DNA from: Chthonomonas calidirosea
GTDB taxonomy: Bacteria; Armatimonadota; Fimbriimonadia; Fimbriimonadales; Fimbriimonadaceae
DNA: 64,000 bases
Direction: 5' to 3'
Assembly (NCBI GenBank): GCA_945859975.1
Contig: CAMAPH010000007.1
Coordinates: 1 to 64,000 of the forward strand
The notes beneath the pieces were generated by a model. That model was not told where the DNA came from and did no database searches. It saw nothing but the letters and a program-made list of their open reading frames with translations. Each line of letters starts with the position of its first letter. Within the stretch, counting starts at the first letter, position 1. The translations under genes and the position numbers were made by a program. Below are positions 43,066 to 53,956 of this stretch, in pieces.

Positions 43066-43784
43066 GAAACCGCAGGATTCAGGGGTTGACCTTGATTGAA
43101 GTCTTGGTGGTTGTAGCGATCACCGGACTGCTTACGGTCTATGCCGCCCAGGCTCTCATTTCTGGTGCGGATTACGAGCGACGTATCCGTGAAGCCAGTT
43201 CGCGACAGCGCTCCGATGTCGAGTTGGAGAACGATCTTCGAATCTTCATCGAATCCGCGTTTCTCTCCCTTGAAAACACGCAAACGACATTCTTTGTGGG
43301 ATCGGAAGGTTTGCTAAACCAAGGCGAAGGCGGAAGTAATGCCGACACGCTCACTTTCACCCGGGTCGGGACTCGCCTTTCTTCCGATGCGCTGGATTAC
43401 GATGACTTCGAACTCGCAAATGAGGAGATCGGCACCGTTGGCGGCACGGAAGAAGTGACCCTATCGCTCTCGCCAACCGGCTCAGCGAGCGGAAAGACCG
43501 GCTTGTTTGTTCGCCAGCAGAACCCGGCCGACGGTGACCCGTCGCAAGGCGGAACCGAGCGAGTTTTGAACGCGAACGTCACCAGCATTAGCTACGAGTT
43601 CTGGGATGGCGCTACTTGGCAGACGGTTTGGGATACGCGAAGCCAGGGCACGGCTCGACTTCCGGCCGCCGTACGCATTACGTACCGGCTTTCAAACAGC
43701 GAAACCGATCGAATTGTCACGCTTCGACTCCGTAACAGCGATGTGACGCAAGACAACCCAGTGGAACAGGAGCAAATCGGATGA
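43062..43784 (+). CDS. gspJ: Minor pseudopilin GspJ-like
   Basis: QGLTLIEVLVV; FWDG..WQTVWD...LPAAVRI. Confidence 0.8.
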   Translation: MRNRRIQGLTLIEVLVVVAITGLLTVYAAQALISGADYERRIREASSRQRSDVELENDLRIFIESAFLSLENTQTTFFVGSEGLLNQGEGGSNADTLTFTRVGTRLSSDALDYDDFELANEEIGTVGGTEEVTLSLSPTGSASGKTGLFVRQQNPADGDPSQGGTERVLNANVTSISYEFWDGATWQTVWDTRSQGTARLPAAVRITYRLSNSETDRIVTLRLRNSDVTQDNPVEQEQIG

Positions 43785-45067
43785 GACGAAATCGCGGTTC
43801 GATCTTTATCTTTGCCCTTGGCGTGATGGTTGTTCTCATCGGGGTGCTCGCGAGCACGGTGGCGACACAACGCGCCTTTGCCCAACAGGTGACCCAAGAG
43901 AGCGAGTTGATTGAAGCTCGGATCGCCGCCTACGCGGGAATCGAACGAGCTCGACAGACGCTGCAAGAAGTTGCGGACCTCACCTCGGATTCAGGAACCG
44001 GAACGACCGGACAGACCAGCACGGCAACCACCCTCAACGACACGTGGGCCACGCTGGGCAACAATGGCGACGAGAATTTTGTCCTCGGTGGATCCACTTT
44101 CCGAATTCAAGTGCTCGATGCTTGCGGATTGATCGATATTAATTCTGCGACGGAAGCTCAGCTTCAGAAACTACCGTTGGCGCAGGACCAGATCGAATCT
44201 CTGTTGGACTTCCGGGAAGGTAGCTTGGACCCTCGAGCCCTCGGTGCAAAGGACACGTATTACAACAACCTAGAGACGCCATACAACACCAAGCTGGCCC
44301 GGTTTGATACGTTCGACGAACTCCTTCACGTCAAGGGCTTTACTGCACAATCGCTTTATGAGCCGAGCGAGAACACTTCTGGCTCCGACTTGGTGCCAGG
44401 ACGCAACGGTGCGCTGCCAGTCTTGTACGACCTACTCACCGCAAATGCGTACTCGCCAAACTCGCGACCTGACGGCACGGCACGCGTAAACATCAACGCT
44501 CAAGGAACAACGGCGCAGACGCTCCAGCAGCCACCCATCAGCATTCCCGTGAACATCGCGATTCAAATTGCGGCGAGGAAAAACTGGGGCGGCATCGGTG
44601 AGGTACTTGCGTTGCCGGGTGCGCAAACGGATGACGTGCAGCGATCCGTGCTGGACTACCTCACCACGAACGGCGCGACTCGCCTTACCGGAAAGATCAA
44701 CCTCAACACCGCTAGCGAGAGTGTTCTGAGCTCGGTTCCAGACCTGACGCCGGACATGGTGCAGGCCATTCTTCAACGGCAATCTCAGACGTTCACCACT
44801 TTGAGCGAACTGACTTCAATTCCAGGCATGACGGGACAGGCATTACAGTCCGCCGCCAACGTTTTCACCGTTCAGTCCCAAACGTTCTTGGTCCGCGTCA
44901 TCGGTCGACACGGATCTCAACGGTACGGAGTCGAGGCCATCATCGAAATACGAAACAACATTCCCACCGTCGTTGCCATTCAAAGTCCGCCCTTTACGGA
45001 CATGCGATCGCGATGGTATTGGCAGGACGAAACCACGACCGAAGTCGTGCTGAAAGAGGCTCAATGA
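43781..45067 (+). CDS. gspK: Pseudopilin tip GspK-like
   Basis: RGSIFIFAL N-terminus; IDINSAT and INLNTAS HhH-type repeats; ELLHVKG. Confidence 0.8.
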   Translation: MRRNRGSIFIFALGVMVVLIGVLASTVATQRAFAQQVTQESELIEARIAAYAGIERARQTLQEVADLTSDSGTGTTGQTSTATTLNDTWATLGNNGDENFVLGGSTFRIQVLDACGLIDINSATEAQLQKLPLAQDQIESLLDFREGSLDPRALGAKDTYYNNLETPYNTKLARFDTFDELLHVKGFTAQSLYEPSENTSGSDLVPGRNGALPVLYDLLTANAYSPNSRPDGTARVNINAQGTTAQTLQQPPISIPVNIAIQIAARKNWGGIGEVLALPGAQTDDVQRSVLDYLTTNGATRLTGKINLNTASESVLSSVPDLTPDMVQAILQRQSQTFTTLSELTSIPGMTGQALQSAANVFTVQSQTFLVRVIGRHGSQRYGVEAIIEIRNNIPTVVAIQSPPFTDMRSRWYWQDETTTEVVLKEAQ

Positions 45068-46320
45068 GTAAACAACAAACCACGCCATCTCTGGTCATTG
45101 AATGGTCCTCGCGCGGCTTGCGAACCTACGATGCCCTAAACGGGACCTCCGGGCAAACCTTGGATGGACTCAGCGGACGCGAGGCTGTGCTGGCTTTGGG
45201 ACGTCGTACGGCGTTTCTGAAGACCGCCTATCTGCCTTCCACCTCGGAAGCCGATTTGCGGCTCATTGTTCAAATGCGAGCCGCCGAGTTTCTTCCGCTG
45301 CCGGGAGACCAAATCGCTTTCTCGGTCAACCCCACTGCTCAGCTAGCGGAGGGTGGTCGACTCAGCCAGATTGGTGCGGTAGCCATTAATGAGCTCCGCG
45401 CGGCGATGAGTCAACTAGCAACTGCAGGCATCAAGGTAAAGCTGATTACCATCGCGGCCGTCGGATCAGAAAAGCTCGCCGCGACAAACGGATTCTCAAA
45501 TGTTGCCGTGGTTCAGCAGACCTCCGACGGGATCGCGGTGGACATCATTGCCGAAGGGACACTTCGGTACTCCCGCGTCGTGAGTCCGGGTTCAGACCTA
45601 GAGGGTGAGATTTGTCGAACCTTCACCGTTGCTGGACAACCATGCGGATCGGTGATTGCGGCGGGTGGCCTGCCTTACCCCGACGCAGACCGCGCCATTT
45701 CAAATCATTCGCTCGAATCTCTCGCTAACGCGGCTTGGCCTTCCCTGGTTATCGAGCTCCCAGAAGCGCGCGAAAAACGGGAAAAGGAAGCCAAACAGTC
45801 GGTTACACGTCAAGCCCTGTTGCTTGGTGCAGCGACGCTTGCACTCGGTGTCTACGCCTATTCCGATTGGGACGAGAAGCAGGTTGCGGAGAACAAGGAG
45901 AAATCTCGTTACGCCAGCCGAATCAAGAAACTAGAGGCAGCTAAGAAGGTGATTGAGGCCGATTTGACGAAGGTGACAACCCTCGAGTCCGCGCTTCAGC
46001 GGGCGTTCCAGCCGGCGCAGAAGTTTAGCGACGTGATCAAGGTGATTACTTCGGAAGTACCGGCAAAGGTTTGGCTGTCCGGAATCACCGTCGAGCGAGG
46101 CAAGCAACTGCAGCTTCGTGGCACGGCAATGGATGGTGCTGCCGTGGCCGACTACGTTCGGCGCCTTACGGGTCAGCGAAGATTCCGAGACGTCAAGTTA
46201 GTGTTTGCAAATAACGCAGAGATTGATAAGAAGCCGGTGGTGCAGTTCAGCATCTCCGCCTTCCCGGTTGGAAATCTGCCGGTTGTTGAACCGCCCAAGG
46301 GCCGAGGAGTAAAGAAGTAA
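45064..46320 (+). CDS. GspL / PilM-PilN-like assembly protein
   Basis: Cytoplasmic domain, one TM segment, coiled coil, VPAKVWLSGI...LRGTA PilN-like end. Confidence 0.75.
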   Translation: MSKQQTTPSLVIEWSSRGLRTYDALNGTSGQTLDGLSGREAVLALGRRTAFLKTAYLPSTSEADLRLIVQMRAAEFLPLPGDQIAFSVNPTAQLAEGGRLSQIGAVAINELRAAMSQLATAGIKVKLITIAAVGSEKLAATNGFSNVAVVQQTSDGIAVDIIAEGTLRYSRVVSPGSDLEGEICRTFTVAGQPCGSVIAAGGLPYPDADRAISNHSLESLANAAWPSLVIELPEAREKREKEAKQSVTRQALLLGAATLALGVYAYSDWDEKQVAENKEKSRYASRIKKLEAAKKVIEADLTKVTTLESALQRAFQPAQKFSDVIKVITSEVPAKVWLSGITVERGKQLQLRGTAMDGAAVADYVRRLTGQRRFRDVKLVFANNAEIDKKPVVQFSISAFPVGNLPVVEPPKGRGVKK

Positions 46321-46904
46321 TGAACTTTCGAAATCAGCAGCATTTGGTGCCAAAGATCGTATCTGCCCTATGCCTTGTACTTCTCATTGGTCTCCTCGGA
46401 TTTGTACTGTTTGCGCCAAAGCCGAGTAAGCGAGGAGTTGCGAGCCGACAACGACAGAAGGAAGTTGGCATCCTCTCGGAGACAAATGAAGCGAGAGACC
46501 GCATTAAGGAAGCCTCGACCTTCGCGGACGACAAACTGTGGAAGGGCGATGAACAAAATCTCGCTCCGGCCGCACTTGCGGTCGTGAACCGTCTCGTTTC
46601 TGAATCAAAGCTGAAGATGATTCGATTCCAGCCCCAAAAAACCGCGGCGGCGGGTGAACTGAATCAGGTTCCGTTCGTCCTTACCGTAGAAGGGTCGTAC
46701 CTGGACACGCTTAAATTGACCGAATCGCTTGAGAAACCGGAGAATAAGTTTGTGGTGAACCTAGTTCAGATCGCATCTGCCGATCCGAACAGTGACGCCG
46801 TCACCGGTACTATCGGGTTATCGGCATTCATTAAGCCGCCTCTTCCCGACTCGCCGCCCGCACTGACCGTTCCAAAGAAGGAGACCCGTAATGGCAACAG
46901 CTGA
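46320..46904 (+). CDS. GspM / PilO-like protein
   Basis: N-terminal TM segment; VPFVLTVEGSY..TLKL...LE PilO-like motif. Confidence 0.75.
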   Translation: MNFRNQQHLVPKIVSALCLVLLIGLLGFVLFAPKPSKRGVASRQRQKEVGILSETNEARDRIKEASTFADDKLWKGDEQNLAPAALAVVNRLVSESKLKMIRFQPQKTAAAGELNQVPFVLTVEGSYLDTLKLTESLEKPENKFVVNLVQIASADPNSDAVTGTIGLSAFIKPPLPDSPPALTVPKKETRNGNS

Positions 46905-47634
46905 GCGTAAAAAACCAAGCATCGTTGTTTGGGCGGGCATTGTTGCTGCGGTCGTCGTGATTTACGTTTACGCGACTGAAGAAACCCCGGTGGTGGCCAA
47001 GAAATCCGGCCGTCCCGTAAGCCGAGCGTCTACAGTCTCAAAGGGTGGCTTCTTGCCGATCGACTACACGGCGAAGTTCGATTCCGTGACGAGTCCAGCA
47101 AAGAACGCCTTTAAGCCGCTGGTCATGAAGACCGACATTAGAGAAACGGTCCCAACGAAAGACAATGGAATTCCCATTGCCTTTACCGGCGGAGAGCCGA
47201 ATTGGATTTTCACCGGTTCTGCTACCGTGGATGGAACGCCCAACGGACTGTTGGAAAACACGTCGACGGGAGAAGGAGTTTTTCTTGTATCGGGAGAGCG
47301 CTGGAAGACTTCGCGCGTACTAACCATTACAAAGGACGAAATTGTGATGCAAGGCCCCGAGGGTGATGCACGAACGATCAAGATGGAAACCGAAGAAGCA
47401 AGCTCCGATACGAGAACCGCTTCGGTGACCCCACTACCATTGCCGATGCCTGGCCAGCTAAACGCGCAACCGATGGCGCAAGGCGGAAACCCAGGGGGTC
47501 AAATGACCTTCGGACAACCGGGAGCTTTTCCTGGAGCCCCTGGTAACGCACTTTCGGCACCCGCCGCGGTACCGCAGACCCTTGCGGACCCCAATTTGAA
47601 CAACAACCAACGGAGAAGAAGACGTGGAAACTAG
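46891..47634 (+). CDS. GspC / PilP-like protein
   Basis: N-terminal TM segment, NAFKP, small beta domain, Pro/Gly/Gln-rich tail; directly before the secretin. Confidence 0.55.
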   Translation: MATAERKKPSIVVWAGIVAAVVVIYVYATEETPVVAKKSGRPVSRASTVSKGGFLPIDYTAKFDSVTSPAKNAFKPLVMKTDIRETVPTKDNGIPIAFTGGEPNWIFTGSATVDGTPNGLLENTSTGEGVFLVSGERWKTSRVLTITKDEIVMQGPEGDARTIKMETEEASSDTRTASVTPLPLPMPGQLNAQPMAQGGNPGGQMTFGQPGAFPGAPGNALSAPAAVPQTLADPNLNNNQRRRRRGN

Positions 47635-50056
47635 GAAGTTACTGATTGCTGCCCTCGCGATGCTGCCCATGGCGGCATTCGCCCAATTCGATTTTGGTGG
47701 CGGCGCCGCGGCTCCTCCCCAGAACAACAAACCTTGGGCTAGCTTCAAGTTGCCTAAGAAGAGCATTAAGCTGGACTTCCGTAATGCGAATGTGGACATG
47801 GTCCTGTCGCTGTTCCAGACGACCTCGGGCGTGACCATCGTTAAAGACCCAAGCCTGGTTGATCGCATGACAATCACAAGTGCAAAGGCCGTCCCGATCG
47901 CCGATGCATTCCAGATTCTTTCGACCACATTGTCGTTGAAGGGCTACGACATGTCGAAGGAAGGCAACCTGCTGGTGATCAAGAAGCGAGATCCGAAGCA
48001 GCAGCAGCCACAAATGCCAGCGTTTGACCCGAGCATGTTAGCGGGCATGCAAACTCCCCAGTCTGAGTTGCGTGTTTATCCCGTGCAATTCGCATCGGCA
48101 TCTGCCCTTGCTCGCGTGCTCAATGACATCTATCAGTCGGGTGGTGGCGGACTGGGTGGTTTCTCCTTCCCTGGTGCCATCACTTTTGGTGGCGGAGGCG
48201 GACGTGGAGGTCAGGCAAACCGTTTCGGTGGCTTTGGAGGCGCTTCTCCGTTTGGACGAGGTAACTCGGCCCCGAGCGTGCGGGCGAGTGCCGACGACTT
48301 CAGCAACTCCTTGGTAGTCAACGCCCCCCGCGACCAACATCGTGAAGTGGCAGACCTGATCAAGCAACTCGACAAGCAGACCGACGCGCCACAGCGACCG
48401 GTTGTTTATAAGCTCGAGTTCGCCTCGGCCAGTGATGTCGCGACTTCGGTGCAAACGGTTCTCACCGCAAACGCACCAAAGGGCCGCGGTCAGACCACGC
48501 AGCAACAGCCAACCGGCTTTGCCGCGTTGTTTGGTGGTGGAAACCGACAGAACCAGAACGTCACGGCGGATACGCGCAGTAACACGATCATCGTGACCGC
48601 CACCGACGAGAATCACGCCCTGGTCAAGAACATCGTGGCGGAACTGGATAAAGAAATTCCGATCCAGGCTTCCACCGTCGTTATTCCGCTTGAAAACGCT
48701 CGCGCAGACGATGTTGCCGGACTGCTCAATCAAGCCTTCGGTCAGCGACAAGGGACCGGCCAGAACCGCACTGGGACGCAGAACCGTAATACGGGAACGC
48801 AGAACCGAAACAACCAGAACCGCAACCAAAGCGGCGGTGGACTTGGCGGCAATAACGCCAACCCGAACGACTTGATGCTGGAATTCCAGGATCCGAACGC
48901 GGACGAAGGCGAGTTGCTGACCACGGTTGGCGTTGCCGGACAGTTCGGCTTCTTTGGTGGCGGCCAGCAGCAGAACCAGAACAACCAGAATCGAAACGCC
49001 CAGACGGCGCGAGACTCAACGGGCCGAATCGTGAACGTGCAGGACCTTACGGGTCAGGTCACGACGATCGCGGATCCGAACACGAACTCGATCATCGTGG
49101 TCACCACGCCGCAGGGTGCCGACCTCATCAAGAACATCATCAGCCAGCTAGACCGAATTCCGGAACAGGTGATGATCGAAACGATGATCGTTGAAGCGAG
49201 CCTTGACGAATCCACGAAGCTCGGTTTCGACTGGACGTTCTCTCAGGTGAAGGCCTTTGGTCAGACCGGCGTTACCGGAAACGGCTCGACCCGATTCCCA
49301 GAGACCGGAACGAATGCCACTCAGCAGAATGGCTTCCGATACACGGTAGTCGGCGGAAACCTGGACCTTGTCTTGAACGCGCTGAAGACGGACGACCGTT
49401 TCCAGGTGCTCTCGACACCGAGAATCTTCACTTCGAACAACGTTGAGGCGCAGATCAACATCAGCCAAAGCGTTCCGTACGTTACGAACAGTCGGCAGGA
49501 CGCGAACGGCAACTTCACCTTCAACTATGCGTTTGAGGATGTTGGAATCGTCCTCACGGTTACCCCGCGAATCACGAGCAATGGCTACGTGACGATGGTT
49601 GTGAGCCAAACGGCCAACGACCTTCAGGGCTACACCGACTTCAACGCGCCGATCATCAACCAGCGCCAGGCCGATACGACCGTTTCGGTTAAGGACAGTG
49701 AGACGATTGTGCTCGGTGGAATTATCCGAAGCACGGTCACCTCCAACGTTCGAAAGGTTCCGCTCCTCGGCGACATTCCGCTCCTCGGCGAACTGTTCCG
49801 ATCCACGACGAAGGGCAAGCAGAAGACCGAGTTGATCGTCTTCCTGACCCCGCGAGTGGTTAAGGACGCCGATGATGCACGACTTCTCCGCGACCGAGTG
49901 AAAGGACAGCTTTCACCGGGCCAACAAAAGCAGATCGACCGAGAGCTTGGCAAGATTCCACCAAATGGTGGCAAGCCGGTTGAGAAAACGAAGGGCGAAG
50001 CAAAGCCCGGCGGCACGACTTCTGATCCGAACAAGACCGGCAAAGGCGGTCAGTAA
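47624..50056 (+). CDS. gspD: Secretin
   Basis: N0 domain, three N-domain repeats, QVMIETMIVE, VGIVLTVTPRI, KVPLLGDIPLLGELFRS. Confidence 0.93.
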   Translation: METRKLLIAALAMLPMAAFAQFDFGGGAAAPPQNNKPWASFKLPKKSIKLDFRNANVDMVLSLFQTTSGVTIVKDPSLVDRMTITSAKAVPIADAFQILSTTLSLKGYDMSKEGNLLVIKKRDPKQQQPQMPAFDPSMLAGMQTPQSELRVYPVQFASASALARVLNDIYQSGGGGLGGFSFPGAITFGGGGGRGGQANRFGGFGGASPFGRGNSAPSVRASADDFSNSLVVNAPRDQHREVADLIKQLDKQTDAPQRPVVYKLEFASASDVATSVQTVLTANAPKGRGQTTQQQPTGFAALFGGGNRQNQNVTADTRSNTIIVTATDENHALVKNIVAELDKEIPIQASTVVIPLENARADDVAGLLNQAFGQRQGTGQNRTGTQNRNTGTQNRNNQNRNQSGGGLGGNNANPNDLMLEFQDPNADEGELLTTVGVAGQFGFFGGGQQQNQNNQNRNAQTARDSTGRIVNVQDLTGQVTTIADPNTNSIIVVTTPQGADLIKNIISQLDRIPEQVMIETMIVEASLDESTKLGFDWTFSQVKAFGQTGVTGNGSTRFPETGTNATQQNGFRYTVVGGNLDLVLNALKTDDRFQVLSTPRIFTSNNVEAQINISQSVPYVTNSRQDANGNFTFNYAFEDVGIVLTVTPRITSNGYVTMVVSQTANDLQGYTDFNAPIINQRQADTTVSVKDSETIVLGGIIRSTVTSNVRKVPLLGDIPLLGELFRSTTKGKQKTELIVFLTPRVVKDADDARLLRDRVKGQLSPGQQKQIDRELGKIPPNGGKPVEKTKGEAKPGGTTSDPNKTGKGGQ

Positions 50057-50070
50057 CTCACAGGAAAACC

Positions 50071-50775
50071 ATGAAAAATCTACTGAAAATTTTGGTGGTC
50101 GCAGCTGCGATCGCCAGTCTCGCCATTGCTAGCGCACAGCCAGGAGGCGGTGGACAAGGTCGCGGTCAAGGTCGCGGCGGAATGATGGGCATGATGCGCG
50201 GTGGCGGTCAAGGCGGAGCTCTCGCCCTTCTCGGACGAGAAGACGTTAAGGACGATCTCGGAATTACCAGCGAGCAGAACAGCCAGTTGAAGGCCATCCA
50301 AGATGGAATCCGAGACAAGATGATGGCCAAAATGCAAGAAGCCGGCATCACCTTCGGCGGCGGTCAGCGGCCCGACATGGCTGAGATGCAGAAAGTCATG
50401 GCTCCGGTGATGAAGGAAATCGAAACCGAAATGGAGAAGGTTCTCAAGCCAGAGCAGAAGAAGCGACTGGATGAGATCGATGTTCAGCTCTCCGGGAACC
50501 GAATTGCCCAGCGCGAGAAGTACCAGAAGCTGCTCGAACTTACGCCAGACCAGATTGCTAAGGTCAAGAAGCTCGGTGACACGGCTCAGCAGGCAAACCA
50601 GGCCGTGATGGAAAAGGCCCGAAATCAGGAGATCGAATGGACGGAAGTTCGAACGATCAACGAAAAGAACTCGAAGGCGCTTGACGCCGAAATCGGCAAA
50701 GTTCTGACCCAGGCCCAGAAAGACAAGATCAAGGAATGGTCCGGAAAGCCATTCGTCGCTAAAGACGACAACTAG
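50071..50775 (+). CDS. Periplasmic Spy/CpxP-like helical protein
   Basis: Signal peptide, Gly-rich linker, LKPEQ / LTPDQ / LTQAQ (LTxxQ-like) repeats. Confidence 0.65.
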   Translation: MKNLLKILVVAAAIASLAIASAQPGGGGQGRGQGRGGMMGMMRGGGQGGALALLGREDVKDDLGITSEQNSQLKAIQDGIRDKMMAKMQEAGITFGGGQRPDMAEMQKVMAPVMKEIETEMEKVLKPEQKKRLDEIDVQLSGNRIAQREKYQKLLELTPDQIAKVKKLGDTAQQANQAVMEKARNQEIEWTEVRTINEKNSKALDAEIGKVLTQAQKDKIKEWSGKPFVAKDDN

Positions 50776-50783
50776 TCCTTTCC

Positions 50784-50820
50784 AAAGCCGCCCGACCATT
50801 TCGGTCGGGCGGCTTTTTTT
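50784..50820 (+). terminator. Rho-independent terminator of the T2SS operon
   Basis: AAAGCCGCCCGACC-atttc-GGTCGGGCGGCTTTTTTT. Confidence 0.9.
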
Positions 50821-50838
50821 GTCACACTATCCTTGCCT

Positions 50839-51180
50839 ATGCGCGAAACCATCGAAAGACCAGCCCCCTTACAGCTTGACGAAGCCATGATGGGCGGCTT
50901 TGGCGGCTTTCCCGACCGCGTTTATCTGATCAGCGTCGGCGACAACAAGTTTGCTTCGAACAACGTCACCCTGCCAGACCAGCAGAACGTGAACGGGCTA
51001 GCATGCTTCCCTACTCCGGATGATGCGACGACCTATATGGGACTGCTCGCAGGACTAAGCGGCGACATCGTTGCCAAGCCTTTTGAAGAAGCCCGCGAGA
51101 TCGCGGTTTCCAAGCCAATTTTGTCCTGCCTGTTGTTGTTCCAAGGCAGCCAGATTGTCGACGTGCACTGGATTCGCTGA
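50839..51180 (+). CDS. Hypothetical protein
   Basis: Host-like codon usage; fills the gap after the terminator. Confidence 0.6.
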   Translation: MRETIERPAPLQLDEAMMGGFGGFPDRVYLISVGDNKFASNNVTLPDQQNVNGLACFPTPDDATTYMGLLAGLSGDIVAKPFEEAREIAVSKPILSCLLLFQGSQIVDVHWIR

Positions 51181-51202
51181 CGTTTGCGGTATTGTCCGGG
51201 CG

Positions 51203-52045
51203 ATGTATCTCGCACTTTCTCCCGGCGCCGTGGGAATTCACCCCGCAACTCTCGAAGACGCGATTTCCGCTGCCGTCGCTGGCGGCTTTGGTGGGCTAGA
51301 ACTGAGCCCGCAGACCATTAAGGAGCGTGGGGTAGACGTGGTCAAAGGTCTCCTTGCCGAAGCAAATCTGGCTCCTGCAGGATTTGGGCTCTCGGTCGAC
51401 TTTCGCCAAGAGGTCGCTCCAACCGATGCTCAGATGCAGGAATTTACCGAGGGCGTTGAGCTCGCTGCAGCCGTTGGCTTCACCCGCTGCATGACCTGGA
51501 TCATGCCGTGCTCCAACGAGCGCCCCTTCGATGCTAACTTTGAGTTTCACGTTGAGCGACTCCAGCCACTCGCAAAGATCCTCCAGGACAATGGCGTGGG
51601 CTTTGGGCTTGAATTTGTTGGTCCAAAGACCCTACGAGACAGCCAAACCTATCCGTTCGTGTACGACATTCCAGGAATGACAAAGCTTGCTGAGGCGGTC
51701 GGACCAGAAGTCGGCTTCCTCGTTGACAGCTTCCATTGGTATTGCACCGGATCGAACGTAGAGGACCTGGCGGCAGTACCGCTTTCGAAGGTCGTTTACG
51801 TCCACATCAATGATGCTCAGCCCGGCAAAACTCCGGAAGAGCAAGTAGATAACCAGCGCGCCCTGCCGGCCGAGACCGGCGTGATCGACGCGAAGGCCTT
51901 CCTTGGCACGCTGAAGTCGATTGGCTACGATGGTCCACTTGTCGCGGAGCCGTTCCTCGACCTTTCGAACCTTGCAAGCGATGCAGAACGGGCCATGTTG
52001 ATTGGCAACGCGGGCCGCAAAATGCTCTCGGTCGCGTTCGACTAA
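51203..52045 (+). CDS. Sugar phosphate isomerase/epimerase (xylose-isomerase-like TIM barrel)
   Basis: GLEFVGP, DSFHW, VHIND, GYDGPLVAEPF. Confidence 0.85.
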   Translation: MYLALSPGAVGIHPATLEDAISAAVAGGFGGLELSPQTIKERGVDVVKGLLAEANLAPAGFGLSVDFRQEVAPTDAQMQEFTEGVELAAAVGFTRCMTWIMPCSNERPFDANFEFHVERLQPLAKILQDNGVGFGLEFVGPKTLRDSQTYPFVYDIPGMTKLAEAVGPEVGFLVDSFHWYCTGSNVEDLAAVPLSKVVYVHINDAQPGKTPEEQVDNQRALPAETGVIDAKAFLGTLKSIGYDGPLVAEPFLDLSNLASDAERAMLIGNAGRKMLSVAFD

Positions 52046-53142
52046 TCGATCTGACGACCGAGAACTTCGGAATAGACCTTCTTCGTCTTTGCAATCATGT
52101 GGTCAAAGGTGAACTCGGCTTCGTACCGTTGCCGACTCACCTGCCCCATGCTGGTGCGAAGTTCTGGGTCAGACAACATGATCCGGAGTTTGGCCTCAAC
52201 CGCTGCGTCGTCCTTCACCGGCACGGCGAATCCGCTCTTCCCTTCTTCAATAGCCTCTTTACAACCGTTCACGTCGGTCACGAGAATCGGCAAGCCAGTG
52301 CGCATGGCTTCGAGGGTGGAACGTGGGAAGCCTTCGTAGTTGGTGATCAGGGCGAACAGGGCGGCACTTTGCAGGAACGGCTTGACGTTCTTCTGCGATC
52401 CGTGGAAGTGGACCTGCGATCCGATTCCAAGATCGATCACCAATTGCTCGTATTCGGCTCGCTTCGGGCCGTCTCCAACGAGGTCCAGATCCCAGGGGAT
52501 GTCCTTGATTCTTGAAAGCGCTTTGAATAAAGTCTCGTGGTCTTTCTGAAGGTCCATCCGCGCAACAACGACAATGCGGTTTGATGTGCCGGGTTCGGCG
52601 CGTTCCGGAGCGTCGGGCATACCGTTGTGCACGACGGTGAAGTGGCTGGCCGGACCGATCTTTTCGTCGAGGGCCACTTGTTTGTCCGCTTCGCACACGC
52701 AGATGATCTTCGGGCCCATAGGACGGCAGAATCGCTCGATGGCGCGTACGATAATGCGCTGGACTTTCGAGATGCCATCGACAAAGGTCCAACCGTGCGC
52801 GGTGTAAAGGGTCGGAACCTTGATCCGCTTCCCTACGATTCGACCGACCATGCCGGCCTTAGTGGAGTGGCAGGACACGAGGTCTGGAGCGTACGCACTG
52901 AGGGCCGCCTGAAGCTCTTTCATCGCCTTCATATCGGCGCTGGGGCTGATAGGGCGATCAAGATGGGTCAGCGAGTGGAACGGAACTTGACGTTCGATCA
53001 ATTGTTCAGTGAATGCGCCGGTTCCGCCAACGAACACTTTTACTTCGTGCCCCTGCTTAATCAGGTAAGTGCTGACGTCACGGACATGAACGTAGGAGCC
53101 ACCGATGATGCTGGCGTGGGTGCAAACAAAAGCGATTCGCAT
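52042..53142 (-). CDS. Glycosyltransferase family 4
   Basis: HSTKAG, YTAHG, VARMDLQKD, EGFPRSTLEAM. Confidence 0.9.
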   Translation of the reverse strand: MRIAFVCTHASIIGGSYVHVRDVSTYLIKQGHEVKVFVGGTGAFTEQLIERQVPFHSLTHLDRPISPSADMKAMKELQAALSAYAPDLVSCHSTKAGMVGRIVGKRIKVPTLYTAHGWTFVDGISKVQRIIVRAIERFCRPMGPKIICVCEADKQVALDEKIGPASHFTVVHNGMPDAPERAEPGTSNRIVVVARMDLQKDHETLFKALSRIKDIPWDLDLVGDGPKRAEYEQLVIDLGIGSQVHFHGSQKNVKPFLQSAALFALITNYEGFPRSTLEAMRTGLPILVTDVNGCKEAIEEGKSGFAVPVKDDAAVEAKLRIMLSDPELRTSMGQVSRQRYEAEFTFDHMIAKTKKVYSEVLGRQID

Positions 53143-53245
53143 GGTTCAATCGCCCGGCGTCCACTACCGGGCGAGAATGAGTTTGACACGAAATGCCTAC
53201 GACGCAACCATCTTCCATGCTCATTCATTAAGATAGAATGACGAT

Positions 53246-53956
53246 ATGAGTTCAGAATATGCTCAAGAACCCTTTCGGCCTTCAAACCTGGCAATGGAGG
53301 GCGCACTCTTCGCGGAAAATCCTCAGCCAAGATGCCCGTGTATTCTGCTCCTGGACACGAGCATGTCAATGAGCGGTGCACCTATATCCGAACTAAATCG
53401 CGGGCTCGCTTCATTCAGAGACGAGCTTGCAGCTGACTCACTGGCCGCAAAACGCATAGAACTCGCTATCATCACTTTTGGTCCAGTAAAGACCGCATTA
53501 GACTTTGCATCCATTGAGGATGCAACGATACCAACGCTTGTAGCGTCCGGCGACACACCGATGGGAAGAGCAATCCTCGAAGCTGTAGATTTAGTCGAGT
53601 ACAGGAAAATGACTTATAAAAGAAACGGTGTGGACTATTATCGCCCATGGATCTTTATGATAACAGATGGTGGACCAACGGATGCTTGGCGATCCGCTGC
53701 TGATAAAGTGAAGGAAGGTGAAAAGTCAAAGAAGTTCCAGTTTTTTGCAGTCGGAGTTAAAGGAGCCAACTTTGATACTTTGAGAAGTATATCGGTCAGG
53801 GAACCGATCGAACTTGATGGACTCCGTTTTAGAGACCTATTTTCATGGCTCTCCAGTTCGTTGGCGGCAATATCTCATAGTGGCACAGGTGACTCCGTCA
53901 CTCCAGAAAATCCACTCGGACCAAGCGGATGGGGCGTAGTCGGTGGTTCAAACTAG
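53246..53956 (+). CDS. TerY / YegL-like vWA protein (TerY-P triad)
   Basis: [36 protein letters not shown]. Confidence 0.92.
   Translation: MSSEYAQEPFRPSNLAMEGALFAENPQPRCPCILLLDTSMSMSGAPISELNRGLASFRDELAADSLAAKRIELAIITFGPVKTALDFASIEDATIPTLVASGDTPMGRAILEAVDLVEYRKMTYKRNGVDYYRPWIFMITDGGPTDAWRSAADKVKEGEKSKKFQFFAVGVKGANFDTLRSISVREPIELDGLRFRDLFSWLSSSLAAISHSGTGDSVTPENPLGPSGWGVVGGSN

Noticed and set aside
48740..49000. Short CAGAAC-rich repeats inside the secretin
   Set aside because: They encode Gln/Asn/Arg low-complexity linkers; not a CRISPR array or other regularly spaced repeat
38931..50056. T2SS-like cluster as a novel system
   Set aside because: Canonical gspE-F-G-H-I-J-K-L-M-(C)-D content; the missing prepilin peptidase is commonly encoded elsewhere
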